Shown here: piece after piece, positions 16,794-24,603 of the stretch
How positions within the stretch are numbered: position 1 is the first letter of the stretch
Layout: every line of letters begins with the position of its first letter
Assembly (NCBI GenBank): GCA_964519955.1
Contig: CAZFLM010000021.1
Span: 16,276-80,275, forward strand
Direction of reading: 5' to 3'
Origin: an uncultured Chthonomonadaceae bacterium
Lineage (GTDB): Bacteria > Armatimonadota > Chthonomonadetes > Chthonomonadales > CAJBBX01
Length of the DNA stretch: 64,000 nt
Made by a program: the position numbers and the translations under genes
Notes under the pieces: generated by a model
Databases searched by the model: none
The model's input: only the letters and a program-made list of their open reading frames with translations
What the model was told of the DNA's origin: nothing

Positions 16794-18635
16794 ATGCACG
16801 GTCTAGCCGCACTCGTCGCCTTCACTGCCCTCTTTGCCGCAGCCACACCAACGGCTCGCGCGGCTGAAGAAGGTGTGCTCATCCTTGTCCGAGACGCTCT
16901 GCTCACCAATCAGGTTGGTGGGCTGGACCGCACGAAGGCGACCGCGCAGGTCGTCGCGGTCGATGGGCAGGCATTCCCCAAGGCCCTGCGCGTGACGGTC
17001 GGCACGGCCAGCGCCGAAACTAACGCGACGCAGCTCACGATGCAGAACGCGGCGCCCGTGAAGCGCGGCGACGCCCTGATCGCCACGTTCTGGGTTCGCG
17101 GTGCATCGGCAGACGGGAAGCGGCCGGGACAGATCGAGTTCCTGTTCGAGCGCTGCACGGACCCCTGGACCAAGTCGATCTGGCACGATGCCATCGCGCC
17201 GCGGCCAACCGGCAAGTGGAAGCGCTTCGTCCTGGCGTTCCTGGCCGCGGAGGACTACAGACCCGGCGAGGCGATGGCGTCGGTGCGCTTCGCGTTCGGT
17301 CCTCAGACGGTCGAGGTCGGTGGGCTGGAGGTGCGGGACATGGGCCCGGGCCTGAAGCCGGACGACATCGCCGAGGTCGCCGCCCGCGAGAACCCGCTCG
17401 GCCGGGCCACCGTCACGCTGCGGCTGGCCGACACGAGACAGACGATGGTCGGCCTCGGCGGCGACTTCTGCCAGCCCCGCTACGGGTCGAGCGAGGCGAT
17501 GGATGCGGTCGGCCAGTACAACCTCGACCACCTGCGCGTCGCGCACGCTCGCATCGGCATTCCGCTCAACTCGTGGGCGCCCGAGCGCGGCGTCTACAAG
17601 GACGAGGGGCCGGCGCATGCTTCGTTCCTCGCGATGCAGGAGATGGCGAAGCGCAAGATCCCCTTCGCCGGCTCCATCTGGGAGGGGCCGCAGTGGATGC
17701 TCGGAGGGCGCCGCGAGCAGTCGGGGCGCGAGCTGCCTCCGGACCGCGTGGCCGACTGCATCGAGGCCATCGCGCAGTACCTGGTGACGGCCCGCGACAA
17801 GTACCAGGTCACGCTCGACAACCTGTCCTTCAACGAGCCGGACTATGGCGTGAACTTCAAGTTCACCGCCCCGCAGATGGCGGCGTTCATCGCGAAGGCG
17901 GGCCCGCGGTTCCGCCAACTCGGCCTCAAGACGCGCTTCCTGATCGGCGACACGGGCGGCGGGGTGCCCTCGGCGGAGTACTGCGAGACGCTCCTGAAGG
18001 ACGCTGCCATCGCCTCGTATCTGGGTCCGATCTCCTTCCACTGCTGGGACGCGCTCGGAGCGCCGGACGCGGCGTACGAGGCTATCGCGCAGGTGGGCCG
18101 CAAGTACCACAAGTCGATCTGGTGCCTGGAGGCGGGGCACGACGCAGGCCTGTGGGAGCGCCCCGATCCGTGGGAGTCGTGGGAGAACGCGCTGCGCACC
18201 GCTCTCGCGTACGAGAGGACGCTGCGACTGACAGGCGCCGAGGTGATGGACTACTGGACGTACCAGGACAACTACCCGATCGTGAGCAAGGACGGCACAC
18301 GCCCATTCCGCGTGCACCACGTCATCCGCCAGATGGCCGACGTCTTCACGGCCGGGGCCAAGGTGGCGACGGCAACCGTATCGGGCGACGACCTGTGCGC
18401 GCTGCCTACTGTCGGGCCGAAGCCCGGCCAGTTCGCGCTGCTCCTCGTCAACCCGGTCGGTGCGGGGTCCGTGCGGCTGACCGGCCTGCCTGCCGGCGCC
18501 TCGGTGCGTGTGGTTACCAGCACGCGCGCTGCGCAGAACGAGGTCGCGAAGCCCGCGCGCGCCGATGCGAAGGGGGCACTCACCGTGGCGCTGCCCGCTC
18601 GCTCGGTGGTCTCGGTGCTGAGCGAGGCGAGGTAG
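16794..18635 (+). CDS. Secreted clan GH-A hydrolase (GH30-like) with N-terminal CBM-like domain
   Basis: Signal peptide; acid/base motif FNEPD, nucleophile-like WCLEAG; C-terminal beta domain LPARSVVSV. Confidence 0.7.
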   Translation: MHGLAALVAFTALFAAATPTARAAEEGVLILVRDALLTNQVGGLDRTKATAQVVAVDGQAFPKALRVTVGTASAETNATQLTMQNAAPVKRGDALIATFWVRGASADGKRPGQIEFLFERCTDPWTKSIWHDAIAPRPTGKWKRFVLAFLAAEDYRPGEAMASVRFAFGPQTVEVGGLEVRDMGPGLKPDDIAEVAARENPLGRATVTLRLADTRQTMVGLGGDFCQPRYGSSEAMDAVGQYNLDHLRVAHARIGIPLNSWAPERGVYKDEGPAHASFLAMQEMAKRKIPFAGSIWEGPQWMLGGRREQSGRELPPDRVADCIEAIAQYLVTARDKYQVTLDNLSFNEPDYGVNFKFTAPQMAAFIAKAGPRFRQLGLKTRFLIGDTGGGVPSAEYCETLLKDAAIASYLGPISFHCWDALGAPDAAYEAIAQVGRKYHKSIWCLEAGHDAGLWERPDPWESWENALRTALAYERTLRLTGAEVMDYWTYQDNYPIVSKDGTRPFRVHHVIRQMADVFTAGAKVATATVSGDDLCALPTVGPKPGQFALLLVNPVGAGSVRLTGLPAGASVRVVTSTRAAQNEVAKPARADAKGALTVALPARSVVSVLSEAR

Positions 18636-18759
18636 GAGCGGCAGCCCCCCTGCGTGCTGGATGTCACTGAGAGCTCCGTCGCGCCCGCGGCGCCATGCGC
18701 TCGTGCGAGCGAATGCAGCCGCGCACTGCCGCCCGGCAGAGGAGAGGAGTGGACCCCGA

Positions 18760-19692
18760 ATGACAGTGCGACTGGTCGCCGTTGCCGCTTTGCTGATACT
18801 CTCCGGCCGCGCGTCAGCCGGTGACGACTTGGCCACCGTGAGGCGCGACCTGCAGGCCCTCGCGTCCCGAGTGGCGCAGCTTGAGGCGGAGAACCGGGCG
18901 CTGCGGGAGCGGATCGAGGTGGACCGGCTGGTTGTCCGCAAGGAACTGGTCGTCTCCGACACAGGCGTGCCGTGGGAGAAGGGCTACGAAGCGCAGCAGA
19001 TTCCCCGCGGCCTCTACGCTCGGTCGCTGTGGGACGGCGCTGGCGGGCTCTGGGTACGCAGCCGGCTCATCAAGTGCGAGATCGATGACCCGTTCGACGA
19101 CCGCTTCCATGCTGTCGAGCGTGGCGGGAGCCTGCGGCTCACGCCGGGTCACATTTCGTGGTGTGTCTGGCTGGATGGCGCCTGGCGCCAGATGGCCATC
19201 GTCCAGGGTGAGGGGCTCGACCCTTCGGAGGTGTCGCTGTCACGGTGGGATGGCGGAACGCACCCGGGCCGTGTGCGCATCCAGACCTACAGGCCTGGCC
19301 ATGACGAGCCGTTGACCGACGCGTTCATCGGCCAGGGCATGATGTCGATCGGCGGCGGTGGCTATGGCGGCGGCGGTCTGCCGTTCCCGAAGGACGTGCT
19401 GCAGGTATGGGGTGGAGGCGTCAGCGCGTCGAGCGTGCCGATGCCAGCGGCGCCTTCGGTGGTGCGAGACGACAGATCCGGAGTGCATCGGTACGCGCTG
19501 ATATCTGTGGGGCCGCAAGGCCGGCGCTCGGCGCCCTCTCCTGCCGTCGCCGCATCCGGGCTAGCTACGCTGAGATGGGACAGCAACGCTGGCGTCGACG
19601 CCTATGTCGTTCTGCGGGACGGCAAGGAGATCGCGGGCCCGTTGCGGATCGAGGGCTCGCGGAAGGAATGGACAGATCGGCGCCCGCAGTGA
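18760..19692 (+). CDS. Secreted hypothetical protein (coiled coil, beta-rich domain, FN3-like tail)
   Basis: GAGGAG RBS; signal peptide (ASA|G); heptad LQALASRVAQLEAENRALRE. Confidence 0.65.
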   Translation: MTVRLVAVAALLILSGRASAGDDLATVRRDLQALASRVAQLEAENRALRERIEVDRLVVRKELVVSDTGVPWEKGYEAQQIPRGLYARSLWDGAGGLWVRSRLIKCEIDDPFDDRFHAVERGGSLRLTPGHISWCVWLDGAWRQMAIVQGEGLDPSEVSLSRWDGGTHPGRVRIQTYRPGHDEPLTDAFIGQGMMSIGGGGYGGGGLPFPKDVLQVWGGGVSASSVPMPAAPSVVRDDRSGVHRYALISVGPQGRRSAPSPAVAASGLATLRWDSNAGVDAYVVLRDGKEIAGPLRIEGSRKEWTDRRPQ

Positions 19693-19740
19693 CGTCTTTG
19701 TGCGGCCCGTCTGGCGCCACCGCTGCTCCGCCGTTCCCTC

Positions 19741-20742
19741 CTACTCCCCCTTCAGCGGCTTGCCCAGCGTGATCGAGCCGTCTCGGCTATACGTGACAGG
19801 GTAGGGGAGCGATAGGCTGCTCGCGCCGATGCAGGCGAGGAACACGTCGCGCCCGTCCGGGGCAGCGATCACCTTGGCGATGTAGTAGCCCTGGCCATCG
19901 GGCAGGTCGATGTTGCCGGGCGCCGGCTCGAACGGGCCCTGCATCGAGGTGGCGGTGTAGAGGCAGTTCGCGCGGAAGATCGGGTTCTCGCGCGCCGCGC
20001 CGAAGTAGAGGTACCACCGGTTGCCATGCCGCCAGAGCTGCTGCGTCTCCAGGCGGTCGAACTGGCGGGGCGCCGCCAGGATGCCACATCCCTGCCACTC
20101 GCGCCCATCGCGGCTCCGCAGCAGCGCGCAGCACCCGCGCTTGTCCGGCGGCTCCTGGTCGAATACCGCGTTGGCGACCATGTAGTACCAGCCGCCCATC
20201 GCCTCCGGCAGCACGTAGCAGTCGGCCAGCACCGTGTACGTGAGGCGCGTGCCCGCGGCGAAGCCCTTGGCCTGCCAGTAGTCGCCGCGCGGCACCTCGA
20301 ACGCCAGGTCGCGGAAGCGAACCGGGCCGACCTTCTCCCACTTCAGCAGGTCGCGGCTGCGCGCCAAGCCGATGCCCCCGTCCTTGCCGACGGCGGTGAA
20401 GACCATGAGCCAATCGCCGCCGTGCTTCCACACGCTGCCCGTCGCGATCCACCCGTTGTTCCACTCCCCCTTCGGGTTCGCGCGCAGCACTTCGCCCTTC
20501 TCCGTCCAGTGGATCAGGTCTCGCGAGGTGGCCAGTCCGACGGTCGAGGCGCCCGTCTTCGCCCGCGTCTCGGGCGTTGCCTGCAGGTAGAAGGCGTACG
20601 TGGTGCCGCGGTCCTGAGCGAACCAGTAGTCCCACGACGACTGGCCCTTCGGCTGGTAGAGGGGCTGCTGGGCGTTGGCGGCGCACGCGGCTGCGGCCAG
20701 CACCATCGAGACTGCAACGGACAACCAGGCATGTTCGGGCAA
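19741..20742 (-). CDS. Secreted five-bladed beta-propeller glycosidase (GH32/clan GH-J-like)
   Basis: GGAGG RBS with TTG start; SWDYWF..YAFYLQ, GLATSRDLIHW, ATGSV, ADCYV, RLETQQL. Confidence 0.75.
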   Translation of the reverse strand: MPEHAWLSVAVSMVLAAAACAANAQQPLYQPKGQSSWDYWFAQDRGTTYAFYLQATPETRAKTGASTVGLATSRDLIHWTEKGEVLRANPKGEWNNGWIATGSVWKHGGDWLMVFTAVGKDGGIGLARSRDLLKWEKVGPVRFRDLAFEVPRGDYWQAKGFAAGTRLTYTVLADCYVLPEAMGGWYYMVANAVFDQEPPDKRGCCALLRSRDGREWQGCGILAAPRQFDRLETQQLWRHGNRWYLYFGAARENPIFRANCLYTATSMQGPFEPAPGNIDLPDGQGYYIAKVIAAPDGRDVFLACIGASSLSLPYPVTYSRDGSITLGKPLKGE

Positions 20743-20758
20743 CGCGTATCCTCCGGAG

Positions 20759-21775
20759 CTACTTGCCGGCCAGCATGTCGTCGAGCAGCGCGTCGAGCGG
20801 GCACGTCGCCACTCCGACGTACTTGTCCGCCCCGCCGTAGTACACGAAAAGCGTCCCGTTCAGGACCACGCTGCCGCACGGGAAGCAGACGCCCGGGTAG
20901 AACCCCTGCAGCTCGTAGTCCTCCTCGGGCTGCAGGATCCAGTCGCGCGTGCGGGCGAGCACGATGGACGGGTCCTCGAGATCGAGCAGCAGCGCGCCGA
21001 GGCGGTAGTGCCCCTCCGTGCCGACCGCGTGGTAGATGGTCAGCCAGCCGCGGTCGGTCTTGATCGGGGGCGTGTTGCCGCCGATCTTGCCGTTCTCCCA
21101 GGGCAGCTCGGCCGTGGCCAGCAGCTTGCTCTCGCGCCAGCACAGCAGGTCGTCCGAGGTGGATATCCAGATGGCCGGGTGCTCCGTGCCGTACTTCGGG
21201 CCCACCCAGTTCATCGGTCGGTGCATCAGCACGAATTGGCCACCCACCTTCTCCGGGAAGAGGATCACGTCGCGGTCGTCGACGTCGGGGCTCGTCATGC
21301 GGCCCGCGCGGATCCACGTGCGGAAGTCCTTCGTGAGCGCGAGGCCGGTCGCGGTGGCGTTCTCCCGCAGCGCCCAGGGGAACTCCGCCGGGCAGGTGGG
21401 CGGCGCATAGGCGCGCTCGTGGGCGGGCAGCCAGTATCTGCCGGGCGGGAAGGGGCGGGACGCGTAGGTAACGTAGTACCACTCGCCGAACTTGACGATG
21501 CGCGGGTCCTCCACGCAGCCGGCGTCGAAGCCGTCCTGGCTCGGCGAGAAGACCGGCGCGTCGGCGCTGCGCTCGAAGTCGTAGCCGTCGTCGCTCGCGG
21601 CCAGGCCGAAGTAGATGCGGTGCTCCGGGTCCTTGCCGGCCGCGCGGTACAGGAGCAGCACCTGGCCGCTGGCCTCGTCATACCAGGCGCCCGGGTTCGT
21701 CGTGACCAGGTTCTCCCAGGGGTGTGCGGGTTCGGGTGAGAGCACGGGATTGCCGGCGTATCGCTCGAGTTCCAT
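20759..21775 (-). CDS. GH130 family (beta-mannoside phosphorylase/mannosidase-like)
   Basis: RYAGNPVL, TTNPGA, GCVEDPRIV, DRDVILFP, HRP, KIGGNTPP, VCFPCG, VYYGGAD. Confidence 0.9.
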   Translation of the reverse strand: MELERYAGNPVLSPEPAHPWENLVTTNPGAWYDEASGQVLLLYRAAGKDPEHRIYFGLAASDDGYDFERSADAPVFSPSQDGFDAGCVEDPRIVKFGEWYYVTYASRPFPPGRYWLPAHERAYAPPTCPAEFPWALRENATATGLALTKDFRTWIRAGRMTSPDVDDRDVILFPEKVGGQFVLMHRPMNWVGPKYGTEHPAIWISTSDDLLCWRESKLLATAELPWENGKIGGNTPPIKTDRGWLTIYHAVGTEGHYRLGALLLDLEDPSIVLARTRDWILQPEEDYELQGFYPGVCFPCGSVVLNGTLFVYYGGADKYVGVATCPLDALLDDMLAGK

Positions 21776-21900
21776 CGAAGCACCCTCCATCGGCGGTGTT
21801 GGAGCCGTTCGGTGTTGCACCTCAGAAGGCGTGTTCCAGGAAGGACGCCCCGATTCCTACCGGCTACGTGGACCTGCCATCTCATCCAAAGGGACCCGAC

Positions 21901-22971
21901 ATGCCATCGCCCTGCCCGCTGGAGTACAAGCCCGGCCTCGCCGAGGCCGCCCGCCGATGGGACGCCTTCTACGCCGGCGACCTGATCGACCGCCCCATCG
22001 TCTGCGTGACCGCGCCTAAGCCGGGCGCGAAGTTCGTGCGGGGCAGCACCTACCGCGAGCGGACGTTCGGCGACCTGGACGACATCCTCGACCGCCAGCT
22101 CGCGAACGCGGAGGCCACGTACTGGGGTGGCGAGGCGGTGCCCGCGGCCTGGCTCAGCTTCGGGCCGGACGAGGTGGCCGTGTTCTGTGGCGCAGAGTTC
22201 GGCTGGAGCGAGCGTTCCGGTGACACGAACTGGTCGAAGCCGTTCGTGGCGGACTGGGAGCGCGACCTGCCGCTGCTCCTGCAGGACGACAACCCGCTCT
22301 GGCAGCGAATGCTGGGCTTCTACCGCCTCGCCGCCGACAAGTGCGCGGGCAAGATGGCGGTGATGCCGCTGGACTTGCACACCAACATGGACCTGCTCGC
22401 CGCCGTGCGCGGACCGCAGCAGCTCTGCCTCGACCTGCTGGACTGCCCCGAGCTGGTCGACCGGGCGATGGACGACGCGCGGGCGGTCTTCCGCAAGCTG
22501 TGGGATGAGGTACGCCTCGCGGGGAAGATGGACGAGAACGGCTACTGCCATTGCTTCTACTCGATGGAGGGCGCGGCCACGCTGCAATGCGACTTCTCGT
22601 GCATGATGAGCCCGGCCATGTTCCGGCGGTGGGTGCTGCCCGCGCTGGAGGAGGAGGCCGAGATCGTGAAGCACGCGCTCTATCACTGGGACGGTCCCGG
22701 CGCGGTGGTGCACACGGACGACCTCGTCGCGAGCAAGGGGCTGCACACGCTGTCCTACGTCCCCGGCGATGGCCACGGCAGCCACATCGACCACCTGCCG
22801 CTGCTGCAGCGCGTGCAGGCGGGCGGCAAGGCGGTGCAGGTGTGGGGCAGCCCGGACCAGTGCAAGGCCATGCACAAGGAGCTGCGCCCGGAGAAGACGC
22901 TCTACTGCACGAGCGCGCCGAGCGTCGACGAGGCTGACGCGCTGCAGGACTGGTTCGTCCGGAATACGTAG
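21901..22971 (+). CDS. Uroporphyrinogen decarboxylase/MtaA-CmuA methylcobamide methyltransferase-like TIM barrel
   Basis: DLLAAVRGPQQLCLDLLDCPELV, LQCDFSCMMSP.MFRRWVLP, YHWDG, IDHLPLLQRVQA.GK. Confidence 0.75.
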   Translation: MPSPCPLEYKPGLAEAARRWDAFYAGDLIDRPIVCVTAPKPGAKFVRGSTYRERTFGDLDDILDRQLANAEATYWGGEAVPAAWLSFGPDEVAVFCGAEFGWSERSGDTNWSKPFVADWERDLPLLLQDDNPLWQRMLGFYRLAADKCAGKMAVMPLDLHTNMDLLAAVRGPQQLCLDLLDCPELVDRAMDDARAVFRKLWDEVRLAGKMDENGYCHCFYSMEGAATLQCDFSCMMSPAMFRRWVLPALEEEAEIVKHALYHWDGPGAVVHTDDLVASKGLHTLSYVPGDGHGSHIDHLPLLQRVQAGGKAVQVWGSPDQCKAMHKELRPEKTLYCTSAPSVDEADALQDWFVRNT

Positions 22972-22989
22972 GCACGGGAGATAGAGGCG

Positions 22990-24480
22990 ATGGTGGAGCA
23001 CATGGCGTTTGCGTCGGTCGCGCTGCTGCTGGTCCTGGCCGCGCGCCCCATCCAGCAGGCCGGCCCGAAGCCCATCGACATCGGGTCGCGGCGCGAACTG
23101 CTGGTGGATGACTACCTGTTGGCGTCGCGGACGGGAGCGGAGCTGCGCCTGCACCCGCCGGTGCCTCGCGAGGCGGTGCTGCTGCACGATGCGCCGTGGG
23201 AGGGCAGCGGCTGCGGCTACCATACGGTTATGCGCGAGGGCGGCAAGTACCGCATGTGGTACATCGCGGCCAACCTGACGAACGAGGACGGCAGCAAGCT
23301 CGATGCGCATCCCATCTTCGCCTGCTACGCCGAGAGCAACGACGGCATCCGGTGGACGAAGCCGGACCTCGGCCTGGTCGAGTTCCAGGGCTCCAAGCAC
23401 AACAACATCGTGTGGACCGCGCCGGGCGCCGACAACTTCACCCCGTTCCGCGACACGAATCCGGGCTGCCACAGGGGCGAGGAGTACAAGGCGCTCGCGG
23501 CCGGACCGGGCGGGCTGCACGCCTATGTGTCGGCGGACGGCCTGCGCTGGCGCCCGCTGCAGGACGCCCCGATCATCACGAAGGGTGCGTTCGACACGCA
23601 GAACACGGCGTTCTGGGATGCGCTCACCGGGCAGTATCGCGCGTACGTCCGCGACTTCCACAACGGGGTGCGCGACATTCGCACCGCCACGTCGCCGGAC
23701 TTCGTCCACTGGTCCGAGCCCGCGTCGCTGCGCTACGGCGATGCGCCGGACACGCCTCTCTACACGAACCAGGTGCAGCCCTACTACCGCGCGCCGCACC
23801 TGTACCTCGGCTTCCCCACGCGCTACATCGAGCGCCCTTGGTCGCCCTCCTACGACGCGCTGCCCGATCCGGCACACCGGCGCAACCGCATGAAGATCAG
23901 CCCGCGCTATGGCACGGCCATCACGGACGGCCTGTTCATGTCGAGCCGCGACGGGGTGGAGTTCCACCGGTGGGACGAGGCGTTCATCCGCCCCGGCCCG
24001 GAGCGTAAGCACAACTGGCTCTACGGGGACGGCTACCAGGATTGGGGGCTGGTGGAGACGGTGGCGGACGACCCGCTCGCGCCGCCGGAGATCTCGGTCT
24101 GCGCGGGCGAGAACGAGTGGAAGGGCCCGACGCGCTTGCGCCGCTTCACGCTGCGGGTTGACGGCTTCGTCTCCCTCAACGCCCCGCTGAAGGGCGGCGA
24201 GGCGGTCACGAAGCCGGTCGTCTTCGCGGGCAAGGCGCTCACGCTGAACTTCGCTACTTCGGCGGCCGGCAGCATCCGCGTCGAGCTGCAGGACGCGGAC
24301 GGCAAGCCGCTCCCCGGCCACGCGCTCGCCGATTGCGACGAGGTCTTCGGCGACTCGCTCGACCGCACGGTAACGTGGAAGGGCTCACCCGACTTGGGCG
24401 ATCTGGCCGGGAAGCCGATCCGCGTGCGGTTCGTGCTTCGGGACGCGGACCTGTACTCGTTCCGGTTCCCCGCTACTTGA
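22990..24480 (+). CDS. Secreted beta-propeller glycosidase-like protein with C-terminal beta-sandwich
   Basis: IGSRRELLVDDYL, CYAESNDGIRWTKP, FDTQN, LR.DGFVSL, IRVELQD; family common in Planctomycetota and Armatimonadota. Confidence 0.75.
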   Translation: MVEHMAFASVALLLVLAARPIQQAGPKPIDIGSRRELLVDDYLLASRTGAELRLHPPVPREAVLLHDAPWEGSGCGYHTVMREGGKYRMWYIAANLTNEDGSKLDAHPIFACYAESNDGIRWTKPDLGLVEFQGSKHNNIVWTAPGADNFTPFRDTNPGCHRGEEYKALAAGPGGLHAYVSADGLRWRPLQDAPIITKGAFDTQNTAFWDALTGQYRAYVRDFHNGVRDIRTATSPDFVHWSEPASLRYGDAPDTPLYTNQVQPYYRAPHLYLGFPTRYIERPWSPSYDALPDPAHRRNRMKISPRYGTAITDGLFMSSRDGVEFHRWDEAFIRPGPERKHNWLYGDGYQDWGLVETVADDPLAPPEISVCAGENEWKGPTRLRRFTLRVDGFVSLNAPLKGGEAVTKPVVFAGKALTLNFATSAAGSIRVELQDADGKPLPGHALADCDEVFGDSLDRTVTWKGSPDLGDLAGKPIRVRFVLRDADLYSFRFPAT

Positions 24481-24505
24481 CGCTGGCGGCACGCGCCGGT
24501 ATAAT
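24477..24505 (+). promoter_or_regulatory. Near-consensus sigma70 promoter for tRNA-Val
   Basis: TTGACG (24477-24482), N17, TATAAT (24500-24505); the -35 overlaps the upstream stop codon. Confidence 0.9.
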
Positions 24506-24517
24506 GTGTGGTGTCTT

Positions 24518-24589
24518 GGGCGGTTGGCTCAGTGGTAGAGCGCCTCGTTCACACCGAGGAGGTCACTGGTTCAAATCCAGTACTGCCCA
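24518..24589 (+). tRNA. tRNA-Val (anticodon CAC); CCA not encoded
   Basis: Acceptor GGGCGGT/ACTGCCC, D arm GCTC/GAGC, anticodon arm CCTCG-TTCACAC-CGAGG, T arm ACTGG-TTCAAAT-CCAGT. Confidence 0.97.
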
Positions 24590-24603
24590 CACACCCTTCC
24601 TCT

